Source: Candidatus Marinacidobacterales bacterium
Lineage (GTDB): Bacteria; Acidobacteriota; Vicinamibacteria; Marinacidobacterales; DATDRI01
Assembly (NCBI GenBank): GCA_965219415.1
Contig: CBDCNP010000002.1
Span: forward strand, 4,096,001-4,160,000
Length of the DNA: 64,000 bases
Reading direction: 5' to 3'
Part shown: positions 19,882 through 31,800 of the stretch, in pieces
Layout: every line of letters begins with the position of its first letter
How positions within the stretch are numbered: the first letter of the stretch is position 1
The notes under the pieces: generated by a model
The model's input: the letters and a program-made list of their open reading frames with translations, nothing else
Told to the model about the DNA's origin: nothing
The model's database searches: none
Position numbers and translations under genes: made by a program

Positions 19882-22800
19882 TTAGAACGGAGAGTAACGG
19901 AACGTGTCCACGAAGAGTTGTAGGTTTGGGGAGAAGGCCGGTGGAGTTGGAAAGGCGTCGCTCCCCAAAACTGCCGTCTGTCCAGAAAGGCCGAGCCCAC
20001 CGCTCTTGCTGACATAGAGGTGCTCGTCGCGGTGGTAAAGCCCGGTCACTTTCCCGGCACCCAAGTCGACTGTGCCCTGGGTCCCGACCGCCGAACTCAA
20101 ATCGAAGGAGCCGAGTCCAGCAGTGACGCCCGCCGCCGTGAGACTGCTAGAGAACTCTTGGATACAAAGGACGGGCTCGAAGTCCCTGGAGGTCGAGGCG
20201 AAGAAGACCACTCCATTGGTATTGAGCCCGGTGCCTCTGGCCGCCACCGGCGGGACCAGGACCCGATGGCCTTCCTCTAGATCGAAGAAAAAGGGATCTC
20301 CGCCATCGGTAAGGACTAGGTTTCCGGGAAAGGCCGCGTCGCCGACAGGGACGGTACTAATTTTATCGGCGTCTTCGATGCCCACCATCTTGAACCGGTC
20401 CGGTTCCGTGAGCTCGACTCGCCGATCGCCTCCCGTCCCTAAGAAAATTAGAATCCGGTCGGTATTGGCGAGCTTCAGAATCGCGGCTCGAGAGGAGATC
20501 GGCTGATTGTGCAGTCCTTGCCCAGGAGCTTGGTCGGCTTCGCTGGTCACCTCGAAGAACACGCCGAACTCCCAGTTCGCCGGATTGGGGTCGGTGCAAT
20601 CCAACTTGTGCACCAACCCTTGGAGGTCCCCGATATAGACCCGAGTCACGTAGTCCCTCCCGTCGTTCACCCCGGGTTCGTGTGGGTTGAACAGAGCGGG
20701 AGTCGCCACCAAAGCATTTTGATCGACCCCGACTTCGCCTGCGCTACCATCCACCACGTCCGGAATCGGTCCCAATTTCTGGTATACGACGCCGTCCTCG
20801 AGAGCGAGCACATAGAGAAATCTTCCCTCTTCAGTTCCCTCGCAGCCGTAGCCCGACGCGGCGAAGAGCACCCATTGCCCTTGGGGAGTGCCGTTTTGCA
20901 CTCTCCCCATGGACGCAACCGCCCAGGTTTCACCCAAGCCATCGTAGTTTTCTCCGTTCACGTCCAGATCGACGGCTCCATCATTATTGCCGACGGTGAA
21001 GAGGCGAGTGGGGGGTTGAAAGCCGGCGGGGAGACTGTTGGTCGAAGTCCCATCCCAATCACCAACCTCTGTAACGTCCAGGGCGGTCAAGAATTTGCCC
21101 CCCGGCCCTCGTCCGAAGGAAACGACGGTGCGCCATTCGGGGCTGCCACTCGGTGCATCCTGGAGATAGACATCCTCGACGTTGGGTGAGGATGCGACGA
21201 AGTACCGATGGTTGGCAACTCCGTTGTTGCCGGCCACGAGATTTGTCACCAGGTCCTTCAGCTTGGGGATGAGGTCATGAGGAACGTAACCGTAGAGCTC
21301 GTAGCCGGTATCGGCACGAAAAGCGTGCAGCATTCCACCGTTGCTTCCCATGTAGACCACGGTCAACCGATTGATGTGCGTGTCGTAAAAGGCGCGGTAT
21401 TCCGCCGACGGCTCTTGCACATCTGATTCGGGGGCCCGTGGCGGCGCGAGCACCACGGCTGGAGACGACAGCGTCGATTCACGGAGTTTCCACATGCGCG
21501 TCGCTCCGTCCTCCTCGAACTCCGAAAAGTTCAGCGTGACACCATCGCTCTTATAGAATCCATCCGTTACGTCGATGACCAGCCGCCAGCCTTGGATGAC
21601 TTTTTCGACGATCTCAACCGCATCCGCGGCGGTCTTGGCTCCGACTGCGGTAGGATCGAGACCACTCAGAAATCCGATACCCACACCCAGATCGGCCGCG
21701 GCGAGAGTCGTCGAACCCAACGTAGAGTTCAGTTGGCCCCCCGTTCCGTCTGAGCGATTGAAATAGATCCTTCGTGGATCGGTAAGGAGCACCCGATCTC
21801 TGAGCAGCTTACCCGCATCCCAAAGCTCGGTGAAATCGGCAATGCGGGTATCGTCTGGCTGAACTTCGAAGGTGTTGAGGGCCTTAACGGATCCGTCGAA
21901 CCCAGGGGTCGTGAATTGCGTCGTGAACAGAACATTGTTGCGATGGGCTGCCCTTTGCCCTCGGGCGGCGGTGTCGCCGATCCCACTGGCGAGCAGGTCA
22001 GCTGCGGTCAGGGCCGGATTACTCGTGGGTACCGTTTCCTTCACCGAACCGACGACCGAGGCGGCCAGGCTAAGCGTTGCCTCCGGCACGCCCACTTGAG
22101 CGAGAACACTGAGCAGCTGGGCGGCCATCTCGTCGGCGTCATCGGAAATGAAGGCCGGTCGAGAGCAGCCGAACCCTCCCTCGACAGGACACTCTGGACG
22201 AGCCGTCCAGCCGAAGCCGGAAGCCTGCCAACTCCAGTGGTTGGCCGCTTTCCGGGACCGTGTGCTCGGATCGAACATGTACCCGATGAAGATGTCCCCT
22301 TCGCTGCCGTCGAAAGTAGGATCGATGCGGGAGAGCGCATGCCGGGCCATGACGCCCGAGCTAAAGGCGGCCCGGAATCCGCTGGTGCTGCCAAAGGTAG
22401 CGAAGTCCTCGAACACGGGGCTTCCTGGTGTGCCGTCCACTCTCAAAACCGCGGTGCTCTGCGTTGGCGAAGGCGAGAAGCCGACGTGGGTGGGTGGCAA
22501 CTCGATGAAGTCGGGTAGTGTGTCGACAGGGCCCACGGGATCGCTTTCGCAAGTGCAGTCTTCCGCACCGTCGGAAATATAGATGATGATGTTCTTTTGT
22601 CCGGCGGGCCGGGTGGGTCCCATGAAACCATTGGCGATCATATTGGCGATCTGATCGAGTGCGACGACGTTCACCGTACCCGAGTGGTGTCCGATTCCTC
22701 CTTCAGAATCCGGTCGGAGCCTCAACAGGATTTGTTCTCTGTTGTCGTTGGTTCCGCAGGCGACGGGAATGGTCAAATCCTTCATCTCGAGACCCACACA

Positions 22801-23241
22801 GTTGTCTTGCCTCACACCGATGCCGAGCCCAAAATCGTATGTGTTACCAACCGCCGTCTGGAGCGAACCATCGGGGTTTAAGAGTTGCGGAACCAGGCAG
22901 CCGGGCTCTCCCGGGTCGGGGGGGCCATCGTCTTGCCGAGCGGTATAGAAGAAACCCCAGTTGACCGCATCGCCGACGCCGCCAATCACCACTTCCAATA
23001 CATCCTTGGCGACATCCAAACGATCCCTCCCGAGCGGATCGCCAGGAACGGAGCTGGACATCGAGCCCGAGTTGTCGATGCCGATCCAGACGTTGTGCCT
23101 GACTTGCGTCGCCAAGACTTCCAGCGGATCGTCACCGCGCAGGACGAGGCAACCCACCGCGCGCCCACTTTGTGACCACGTAAGCGCCAATCCGCAGGCC
23201 ACGAGTGTCAGCACACTTCTCTTCCAGACAGTCTTCCACAT
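19882..23241 (-). CDS. PilY1/PilC-like adhesin (vWA + C-terminal beta-propeller)
   Basis: Signal peptide; IDNSGSM MIDAS motif; YMGSNGGMLHAF...ELYGYVP, EWRTV, LGETWA, YIGDLQG, FLGTG; RBS before ATG 23241. Confidence 0.8.
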   Translation of the reverse strand: MWKTVWKRSVLTLVACGLALTWSQSGRAVGCLVLRGDDPLEVLATQVRHNVWIGIDNSGSMSSSVPGDPLGRDRLDVAKDVLEVVIGGVGDAVNWGFFYTARQDDGPPDPGEPGCLVPQLLNPDGSLQTAVGNTYDFGLGIGVRQDNCVGLEMKDLTIPVACGTNDNREQILLRLRPDSEGGIGHHSGTVNVVALDQIANMIANGFMGPTRPAGQKNIIIYISDGAEDCTCESDPVGPVDTLPDFIELPPTHVGFSPSPTQSTAVLRVDGTPGSPVFEDFATFGSTSGFRAAFSSGVMARHALSRIDPTFDGSEGDIFIGYMFDPSTRSRKAANHWSWQASGFGWTARPECPVEGGFGCSRPAFISDDADEMAAQLLSVLAQVGVPEATLSLAASVVGSVKETVPTSNPALTAADLLASGIGDTAARGQRAAHRNNVLFTTQFTTPGFDGSVKALNTFEVQPDDTRIADFTELWDAGKLLRDRVLLTDPRRIYFNRSDGTGGQLNSTLGSTTLAAADLGVGIGFLSGLDPTAVGAKTAADAVEIVEKVIQGWRLVIDVTDGFYKSDGVTLNFSEFEEDGATRMWKLRESTLSSPAVVLAPPRAPESDVQEPSAEYRAFYDTHINRLTVVYMGSNGGMLHAFRADTGYELYGYVPHDLIPKLKDLVTNLVAGNNGVANHRYFVASSPNVEDVYLQDAPSGSPEWRTVVSFGRGPGGKFLTALDVTEVGDWDGTSTNSLPAGFQPPTRLFTVGNNDGAVDLDVNGENYDGLGETWAVASMGRVQNGTPQGQWVLFAASGYGCEGTEEGRFLYVLALEDGVVYQKLGPIPDVVDGSAGEVGVDQNALVATPALFNPHEPGVNDGRDYVTRVYIGDLQGLVHKLDCTDPNPANWEFGVFFEVTSEADQAPGQGLHNQPISSRAAILKLANTDRILIFLGTGGDRRVELTEPDRFKMVGIEDADKISTVPVGDAAFPGNLVLTDGGDPFFFDLEEGHRVLVPPVAARGTGLNTNGVVFFASTSRDFEPVLCIQEFSSSLTAAGVTAGLGSFDLSSAVGTQGTVDLGAGKVTGLYHRDEHLYVSKSGGLGLSGQTAVLGSDAFPTPPAFSPNLQLFVDTFRYSPF

Positions 23242-23920
23242 GACTTCCTCTCTTCTTGATCCCCAGTTCAGCAAAAACGATTCGGCGAGGATCTCGGCCG
23301 GGGCAGACGAATCACCGACGATCTGTTCTGGAGTTGTGGAGCCTAGGTGGGTCGCGAAGCGAGGTTGAATGAGTGCTTTTTGAGCGTCTCAGCTAGAACG
23401 GGGGACCTTGAGAAAAACGAATTAAACGGCGGTCTCCGGAAAACAACGGCTTCAGCCACGCCCTCTCGATCTGCATCACCGCGGGCTCGATTTGGAATTA
23501 CATTGGCACACTCCTTCTACAAGGACCCGAAAAAGCAAGTATCGAGCCAGCGGACGCGGTCTGTATGTAAATAGTTTAAACAGAATGAGTTAGCTTGCCA
23601 TCTCGGTCCTCCGCGCGGCCCCCAAGGGTCCGGGGGGTGTTACTTTTGGTGACATCTTCGGAAGCGGGGAGGAAGCCGCGGCAACCGATCCTGGCGGTGG
23701 CATGAGCACGTAATCGCGCTTGATGTTGGCATGCCAGCGCGTGAAGTACCGGTTCGCCGGGAGGGGTCGGACGGTTCGAAACTTCAATAAGTACCAGGGG
23801 CAGGTGGGGTCGATGTGATGGTGGACATGACGGTTCAAGTTAAAATGTCGAGCTGCCGGAGTATCGGCCGGACGCGTTGCCGCAAACCGAAGCGGATGAT
23901 TCGAGGCAAGATCGTCGACC

Positions 23921-24862
23921 TCACACGAAATCGAGGAGTCTGAAAGGCTCGCCCCTAGTGGCAATCGGATCCCCACCCAGCCAACGGGCAAGCACCGTGG
24001 AGTAGACACTTCGAAAATCCACGGTGTGAACCATATCGCCCACCAGATCGGTTTCATCCTTCCCCAGCCCGGGATGCTTCCCATGAAAGCCGGGCTTCAC
24101 CGAGCCTCCGATGAGGAACATTTGGTTGGCAGTTCCGTGATCGGTTCCGGCGGTGGCGTTTTCCCGAACCCGACGCCCGAATTCGCTCAGCGTCATGACC
24201 AGCACTTCGTTCTGTTTCCGGAGCGCTCGAACGTCGTCCCAGAAGGCCTTGATTTCCCAGGCTAGTCTAGCGAGAAGATTGGCGTGTATACCCCGCTCGG
24301 GATTTTCCGTCTCCGCCTGGTTTGCGTGAGTATCGAACCCCTTCATCCTCACGTGGAAGATCTTTGCCGGCGAGTCGGCGCGCAGGGCGCCAACCACGTG
24401 ACTCAACGTGGCTCCTAGCGTCTGGTTCGTGCGGACCGCCGCACTCGGAAAGTCCTGGAACCAGTCACTGTTCCCATTACTGCCGTCGAGACATCCGGTG
24501 TGCCAGATCGATCCCGATCTCACATGACAGCGGCTTGGGTTGGGGTAGCCGACTCCATGGACGATCGCCACATCGCCCCGGTCGTAAAGCTCCCGCAGAG
24601 GTGCCAGAGCAGGGTGGAACCCGAACATGTCTGTCAATTTGAGCACTTTCTTAGCCGGGATAGCCAGCTTGGGGCGGGCGGCGTAATAGTCGGGGTTCGT
24701 GTAGGGGACGACCGTATTCAAACCGTCCGAGCCTCCAACGAGCTCGATCGCCACCAAGCTTTTGGACGATCCAAGAGCCTCCGCGCTGCGACTGAGAGCT
24801 GACGGTGCCGACAAGGCGGTGGAGAAGACGGCCGCTTCTTTCAAGAACGTCCTTCGGTCCAT
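23921..24862 (-). CDS. DUF1501 family protein, Tat-exported
   Basis: MDRRTFLK twin-Arg signal; GGSDGLNTVVPY, GVGYPNP, GFDTHANQ, SEFGRRV.EN...GTDHG, DFRSVY. Confidence 0.88.
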   Translation of the reverse strand: MDRRTFLKEAAVFSTALSAPSALSRSAEALGSSKSLVAIELVGGSDGLNTVVPYTNPDYYAARPKLAIPAKKVLKLTDMFGFHPALAPLRELYDRGDVAIVHGVGYPNPSRCHVRSGSIWHTGCLDGSNGNSDWFQDFPSAAVRTNQTLGATLSHVVGALRADSPAKIFHVRMKGFDTHANQAETENPERGIHANLLARLAWEIKAFWDDVRALRKQNEVLVMTLSEFGRRVRENATAGTDHGTANQMFLIGGSVKPGFHGKHPGLGKDETDLVGDMVHTVDFRSVYSTVLARWLGGDPIATRGEPFRLLDFV

Positions 24863-24876
24863 CGGATCGCCTCTCG

Positions 24877-26160
24877 CTATTTGATACGGAAGTCTGACAC
24901 TTTGGGTGGGATCACCGGATCTTCCGAGTGCGGCGTCCCTTCCGGCACCCAATCATAAGGCACGGGCTGGGCCCGGAAGACCCAGTTGACCATCATCTGC
25001 GCTTCCTCTTGATGGCGGATACCGGTGTGTCTCCCGAAGTGAGGGTTGACGTACTCCCAAACGATCTCGCCGTCAGGAGTGACCTGAAAGACTCTCCCGT
25101 GAATGCCCTCGTCGATCAGGGTGTTCCCGTTGGGTAGTCTCCTCGCGCTACTGATGATGGGGCTGAAGAAGTTCCAGTAGGGTTGTTGGGAAGACGATGC
25201 GTCGTACTGCCAGACGATCTCCTTGGTGATGGGATCGAGCTCCAACACCCTCGAGCCTTGAAAGAGCTCTAAATAAAACGGCGGAACCCCACCCGGCCCC
25301 TCGTTATCGAAGACGAGCACGTTTCCTGCTCCCGGCGATCCTTCGGGAATCAAGTGCACGTCATGCTGAAAGGAAAGCTGGTCCACCGGCCGGGGCAGCT
25401 TTCCGCTGAAGCTGCTCTGGGAATAATCGTGAGCGCCGGGGTAGTCGGGACCCATGCTCCAGACGAAGTCTCCCGTTTTTTTCTCGATGATCCCAATGAA
25501 ATTCCACCCCGGAGAGCACACGAAGATATTGTCCGGATGAAACCGCTCGTCGCCCTCCCGGTACCATTTGTTCTGGCCAAGAGGAGATATCGTATTGAAA
25601 CCCAGGAACAAGGATCTCGCCCGTACCCGACCATTCTGGACCAGTTCTTTCGCCTCATTGGAAAGCACCGCCCAATCCGGATGCTCAGACGGGAGCCACT
25701 GCCACACCACGTCTCCGTCCGGGTTGACCTCGTAGATGGCCTGGCCGCGAATTCGGGTCTGGCCGAGCTCGGCCTCTGGTCCGCCCAGGCTAATGTAGGA
25801 GAGAACGAGCGTGTTGCCATTGGGCAGTCGGGCCAGGTCGTGGTTCTGGAGAGCCAACCCCCCGGGCGCCTTCTTCCCCCACTCCCACACGATGTTGCCG
25901 TCCCAATCCACTTCCAACAACGTCTTGTTTCTACTTCTCTCGGGCTCCTTTTGAAGAAGTACGTGACCACGCTCACCCTTGGCGAGTCGGGGCTCTATCA
26001 TCTCCGCCGGGAAGCCAGGATAGTCGAAGACTTTGACGTCGTTCCCGTTCATGTCGATGAGATACGACCTCGCGTCTCGTCCTTCGTGCAACACGAAACA
26101 GTTGTAGGCTTTCTCGGGCCGGTAGATGGTGACCCCGGTGGGGAAGACCGATGGTGGCAT
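24877..26160 (-). CDS. arylsulfotransferase (ASST) family protein
   Basis: MPPSVFPTGVTIY, QNHDLARLPNGNTL, QHDVH, LVFDN, SRVLELDP, FFSPIISSARRLPNGNTLIDEG. Confidence 0.85.
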   Translation of the reverse strand: MPPSVFPTGVTIYRPEKAYNCFVLHEGRDARSYLIDMNGNDVKVFDYPGFPAEMIEPRLAKGERGHVLLQKEPERSRNKTLLEVDWDGNIVWEWGKKAPGGLALQNHDLARLPNGNTLVLSYISLGGPEAELGQTRIRGQAIYEVNPDGDVVWQWLPSEHPDWAVLSNEAKELVQNGRVRARSLFLGFNTISPLGQNKWYREGDERFHPDNIFVCSPGWNFIGIIEKKTGDFVWSMGPDYPGAHDYSQSSFSGKLPRPVDQLSFQHDVHLIPEGSPGAGNVLVFDNEGPGGVPPFYLELFQGSRVLELDPITKEIVWQYDASSSQQPYWNFFSPIISSARRLPNGNTLIDEGIHGRVFQVTPDGEIVWEYVNPHFGRHTGIRHQEEAQMMVNWVFRAQPVPYDWVPEGTPHSEDPVIPPKVSDFRIK

Positions 26161-26280
26161 AGATCCCTCCCGTATTAACTAAGTAGCCGATTAGTTCCAG
26201 ACTAGGGTGTGTTGTCAAACGTCAATGGAAAGTTGGTGAGTAAAGCCTAGCGGGCGTCGTTCAAGTAATCCCAGGCCACA

Positions 26281-28376
26281 CCCCGTCCTGTGCCAAAACT
26301 CGGCCCTTTTGAAATAGGCCATAAATCAGCCACTTAGAGTCTGTGTTTTGCGACTAGGTCAAGGGCCGTGGGCTTTACAATCGTCTGGCCCGAGGGTGTT
26401 ATCTTCAGCTCCATGATGACCTACCATGTGCAATTCTTACTGCTCGTTCTGGCTATGTCAACCGCCAGCAGCAGGACGTGATTGACTAACTGCGAGAGGA
26501 GAACCGTGTGCTCCGAGCCGGGTTCGGGGCAAACGTCTCAGGTTCTCCGACGACGACCGGCGTAGGCTCGCCGTCAAGGCCCAGGCCTTGGGCCGCTGGG
26601 TGCTGGCCGAGATTGCGTCCGTTGCCACACCTGCTACGCTGCTGCGCTGGTACCGCTACCTCATCGCAGCCAAGTACGATGGCACCAAGAATCGGAGTCC
26701 AGGCCGACCTCCCACGGCGAAAGACGTCCGTGAGCTCATGGTACGTGTGGCACGGGAGAACCCGACATGCGGATATACGCGCCTGCAGGGCGCACTCAAG
26801 AACCTCGGATATGAACTTGGGCGCAACACCATCAAGGGGGCCCTCGCCGAGCACGGTATCGCGCCTGCCCCGGAGCGGAGCAAGAGTATGCCGTAGAGCA
26901 CCTTCATCAAGGCTCATTGGGGCGCTATCGCTGCGACAGATTCAGGAACACGCTTGGATATTCGCTCTCGCCTACGTGGTCTTCTGCATGGTGACGACCC
27001 GTCCGCCCAAGACGATTGTGAAGTGACCCCGCTTTCGTGGACAGGTTAAGAGTTAGGGATCAAGCGTCGCGATAGTACCTCCTTTCGAATTGGATAGGCG
27101 AGCAATAGTCGATGGCGGAGTGTCGTCGTCGCGGGTTGTACCAGCCTTCGATGAAATCGAAGGTCGCCATGCGCGCCTCAGCGTGGTAGCGAAACGACCG
27201 GCGCTCGATCAGCTCGCACTCGAGCGTCGCGAAGAAGCTCTCGCACATCGCATTGTCGTAACAGTCCCCGACCGAACCCATCGACGGTCGCACCCCGGCC
27301 TCCCGGCATCGCTGGCCGAACGCTAGTGACGTGTACTGCGTGCCCTGGTCCGAGTGATGGATGACGTCGCCGGGCTTGCGTTGGAACAGCGCCATGTCGA
27401 GGGCGCTCAAGACGAGCGACGTCCGCAGGTGGGTAGCCATTGCCCATCCGACGATGCGTCGGCTGAAGGCGTCCAGCACGACGGCGAGGAACAAGAAGCC
27501 CGACCACGTGGGCACGTAGGTGATATCGGCGACCCACAGGCGGTCGGGCCGGTCCACCTCGAAATTCCTGTCGACGAGATCGGGGGCGGGACGGGCGTCG
27601 TCACAGCGAATCGTAGTGTGCGCCCTCTTGCGCCGGTGAACACCTTGAATGCCAGCCTCGCGCATCAGCCGCGCTACACGCTTGCGTGAGACGTGGAGCT
27701 CGTGTGTCTCTCGTAGCTCGTGGAGGATCCTCGGCGCGCCGTACGTGCTCCGCGACGCGGTGTGAATCGCCCGGATCTTCTCAAGCAACTCCGCATCCGA
27801 CACCGCGCGGGCCGACGGGGCACGCTCAAGCCACGCATAGTAGCCGCTGGCGGAGACGTCCAGCAGTCGGCACATCGTGGCAACCGGTAGTGAATCCTGG
27901 TTCGCCCTCACGAATCGGAAGGCTTCGGTGGTACCGACTCGGTCTCCCGAGCGAACCAGGCCGCGGCTTTTGAGAGGATCTCCCGCTCCAACCGTAGTTG
28001 ACGGTTCTCCCGTCGCAGGCGGCGGAGCTCCGCACGCTCCTCACTCGTCAGACCGTCCTGCCTGCGACCCTCGTCGAGATCCGCCTGGTTCACCCAGTTC
28101 CGGATCGTCTGGCCCGAGGGCTCAAACTCTCGCGCCAGCTCTTCGGAGCCGCGGCCAGCTCGCACCAGCTCTACCATTTGGCGCCGGAACTCGGCCGCGT
28201 ATCTGTTTCCCTGCTTTGACATCGTGGACTCCTGTCTCCCAAAGGATTAGGTGTCCACGAAAGCGGGTCAAGTCCAATTGTAGAGCCTGCGGCCCTTGGC
28301 ACGGTCGCAAACACAAACACTAAGCTGCTGATTTATGGCCTATTTCAAAAGGGCCGAGTTTTGGCACAGGACGGGG
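26281..28376 (+). mobile_element. degenerate rve-integrase element with ~100-bp inverted ends, carrying a nested IS3
   Basis: Ends CCCCGTCCTGTGCCAAAACTCGGCCCTTTTGAAATAGG at 26281 and inverted at 28376; the transposase relic 26413-26940 has stops and is internally deleted relative to the 32448 copy. Confidence 0.8.
27019..28276 (-). mobile_element. IS3 family insertion sequence (orfA 27908-28222, orfB 27060-27911)
   Basis: TG...CA ends with TIR TGACCC(C)GCTTTCGTGGACA; 4-bp TSD ATTG; DDE motifs WVADIT, HSDQG, DNAMCESFF. Confidence 0.95.
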
Positions 28377-31229
28377 TCCGCTACGAGCGCAATTCGGCCG
28401 GCGGCCCCGTGATCTGGCACAATGGCAGTAACACGATGTGGTACGCGCTGCTCATGCTCCTGCCTACGAGGAGCATGGTGCTGGCGTTCGCGACCAACGA
28501 CGGCGCGTGTTTTTGTCCATCCGGTCTGGCCCACTTTGATCATTTCATTTGGCCCACCCTAAGTTATTGATTACACACGAAGAGAAGTAATAAGTGCCCC
28601 TTTCCTCTGTTGCGGCCGGAGCTAAGTGAAGGCCGCCTCGAGTGAAACCGGAGCAAAGCGTGTTCTGTCATGATGTTGCCGTCTTTTTCCGGGTTTTGAG
28701 CGAGCGACGGAAGCGATAGGACTCGGTACCGGTTTCGAGGATGTGAGCCTGGTCGGTGAGCCGGTCCAGTAGCGCTTTGCACAGCCGGGCGTTTGTGAAC
28801 ACTTGCGTCCATTCCGAGAACGGCAAGTTAGTGGTGATGACGGTCGCGGCGCGCTCACATCGTTCGGAGACGACCTGAAACAACAGTTCGGCACCGACCT
28901 CGGCGAGCGGTACGTAGCCGAGTTCGTCGATGCACAGCAGTTCGAAGCGGGCGTGCTTGCGAATAGCCTTAGAAAGCTGGAGCTCCTCCTTGGCCTCGAC
29001 GAGTTCGTTGACGAGCCTCGACGCGGTCGTGAACCGCACTCGACGACGCTGCTGGCAGGCCTCTACACACAGCGCGGTGGCGAGATGGGTTTTGCCAGTG
29101 CCGGCATCGCCGAGAAAAAATCACCGGCTCTGCCCGCTCGAGGTATCTACCCTCAGTGAGTTGGCGGATTCGCTGAGCGGACAGCTTCGGTGACAGCGAG
29201 AAGTCGAACTCGTCGAGCGTCTTCGCTCTCGGCAGCTGTGCTTCCTTCAGCCGTCTCTGAACCGTTCGGTGTTCTCGCTCTTCGACTTCAGAGCTGAGCA
29301 GAACCTCCAGATAACCCACGTGGGTTTGTTTTTCGCGGCTAGCTTGTTCTGCGAGCTTGTGGAACTGAGCTGACACCGTTGGCATCCGAAGCGTCTTGCA
29401 ATGCTGCTGGATCGTCTGAATCTCGACGGGTTGTCTCATCGACTTACCTCGTGTGCCTGCTCATCCACGAGTCGGTCGTAGTGACCCACGTGAGGTAGAG
29501 GACGTTCGTAGCGCGCCAGCTCACCGAGTTGAGATTGGACTAGCTCTGACGATGCCGCGCGCGAAAGCGATGGAGACTCGACAAGGTGCCGAATCGCGTC
29601 TGCATCGATACAGCCGATCTCAAGCGCCACACGCAACGTATCTCTTAGCTGGTCGTAACCGTGTCGGCGTCCAAGCTGCACGAGTTCGATCATCTGACGC
29701 GTGCCTTCTTGCTTGCCCGTGACGACGATTCAATCGCTTCCACACTTCATCGTAGCTCGCTGGCCACCGTCCTTGCTCGCGCCACTGCGCCAGAGGCGTC
29801 GACCCGGCTAAGGCTCCGGGTTTGCGCTCGAGGACGTCCAAGTAGTGTTCAAGATCTAGTACTTGTTTCATGCGGTCGTAGCAGCGTTCGTGACGCGCCA
29901 CCCGGCGTCCCTCGTGCCAGACCTCAACTTCAAGCGGCATCAGCTTGGCCACCGCACGTTGGCCGCGCTTGAGCGGCGTCGAGTACCAGTTCGTGCCCGC
30001 ACGGACGCAACCCTTCTTATCCACCAGACCGATTCGTCTTTCTTCGAGCTCGAAACCCTGCGTCGCCAGTGGCAACAGGTGCTCGCGTTCGTACTCCATC
30101 CCAACACCAACCGTATGTGCTTTGCCGGAGATGTGACGTTTCTCCTCCTTGCGGCAACACGTCAGCAGGTAGTCGTTCAGCTCTTCCCAATCCGTGAACT
30201 CAGGGACCGGCGTCCAGTGATTGCGGCGGAAGTAGCCGACCTCGCTTTCCACACCGCCTTTCTCGTTTCCACGGCTCGGATTGCAAAATTCCGACTCAAA
30301 ACTCCAATGCGAGCGAAACATGATGAACCGTTCTGTTTGCTCACGTTGGTGACCCCGAAGGATCTTCCTCACCGCCAGCGATAGGTTGTCGTAACGCAGC
30401 CGGTGGAACACCCCGCCGAAAAACTCGAACGCCTTCTCGTGCGCTTCGAAAAACGCTTGCTGCGTCGGACGCGGATACCCTCGATGCAACGCCCCTCCGC
30501 TTGCCATGCTCCGAACCACCAGCACGTAGACCTTCTGCTCTCGCCCTCCGATCCGTGAGTGAGCCTCGTACCAGTCCACTTGGCCTTCACCGCCCCACTC
30601 GTAACTCTGGGGCACGAACACTTCGGCGTCCTTCAACCCCAGCTCTCGCCTCCGACGACCTACGTAGCGACGTATCGTTGGTTCCGCTATCTCATGTCCC
30701 GGATACTCCTCAATCACACGACTCCAGATTCGATGAGCCGTGTGACGCTGTTTGCGCGGGGCTCGCTTGTCTCCTTCCAGAATCCCGTCGATGAACTCGA
30801 CCACTGGACCCAGTTTCGGTGACGCCCGTTCTGGACATTTACGCTCCCGTGGCACAGCCTTCTCCAGGGCCTGTCGCACCATTCGTCGGTGAACACCGTA
30901 CTTCGTTGCAACTCCTTGAATCGTTCCAACTCCGCGTTCGTACTCTCGCCTCATCTGCTCGAACAGTCGCACTTTGGCACCCCTTTCCAACCGACACCTC
31001 CTTCCCGGGACTTCGCCCCGGGAAGACTAACGGTTCGATACGGGTGGGCCAAATCAGACGATCAATATGGGCCAAAACAGAGTAGCAAACACAGGCGCGG
31101 TACGGGCAGCCGAGACCGCGTTCATGGAGCTGGCCCAGGAGCTGACTGCGCTGGTGCCGGAATCCTGCTCGGGAGGATCACGTCTGGCCAGACGACAATC
31201 AACAGTGCGTGAGGCGCGCCGGGCCTGAG
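28377..31229 (+). pseudogene. C-terminal fragment of a serine hydrolase/beta-lactamase, split by IS21
   Basis: IWHNGSNTMWYA...FATNDGA at 28377-28507 continues in frame as VRAAETAFMELAQEL after 31099 once IS21 and one GGCGCG are removed. Confidence 0.65.
28508..31093 (-). mobile_element. IS21 family insertion sequence (istA 29436-30990, istB 28668-29439, each with one frameshift)
   Basis: TG...CA ends with repeated TGGCCCA boxes; 6-bp TSD GGCGCG; IstA QVDW/YDN/EKGGVE; IstB Walker A GTGKTH and IDELGY. Confidence 0.93.
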
Positions 31230-31319
31230 TTCGTTTGTGTTTTTGGACACGACGCCCGAGCAAGATCAGAGAATTTCTTGACTTGTACAGGCTAGGAACA
31301 CGTACAAAGGCTACTTTTT

Positions 31320-31800
31320 CTATTCTCCTTCGTTTTCTTCCTCGGGCCTCTGCAGTACGTCGAACGGCACCCTCAAGTAATTGTCCTTTAATCTCTTCAC
31401 TGAGTCCGACTCAAGTCTTCTGATCCGTGCGGCACGATGCTCAGCGACGCCATCGTAAACGCAATGTCGCAGGTAGTTTACTACCGAGTTCTCGCCTTCG
31501 AGCATCCGCCAGTGAGGGTGCTGCTTGTTTACAACTATCGCTAGTTTGTTTTCGTCAATATTCTCGTTGACGAAATAGGGATCGTTCGGTGAGCCGATCG
31601 TGTCTATGTAGACGTGGATACTCATATCATTGAAAGCGACTACGAACACGGGATCTTGGGTCCTGGCGTTCTCCGCTACGTGTTGATTGCTCGCTTGAAT
31701 CTGGTCCAATGGTGGAAGCGTCTCCTCTAGCCGTAAGGCTTCAAGAAACTCGGGTGTAGAGAGCTCCTCCTCTACGGTCTGAACAGCTGCATCGACATGG
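31320..31800 (-). pseudogene. C-terminal fragment of a hypothetical protein, possibly a GHKL/MORC-like ATPase
   Basis: SPNDPYF...IVVNKQHPHW...NYLRHCVYDGVAEH; lower GC; the upstream part of ORF 31320-32009 is antisense to another fragment. Confidence 0.4.

Noticed and set aside
23590-23920. Possible ORF tail with HVHHH...CPWY
   Set aside because: No start outside DUF1501 and no recognisable family
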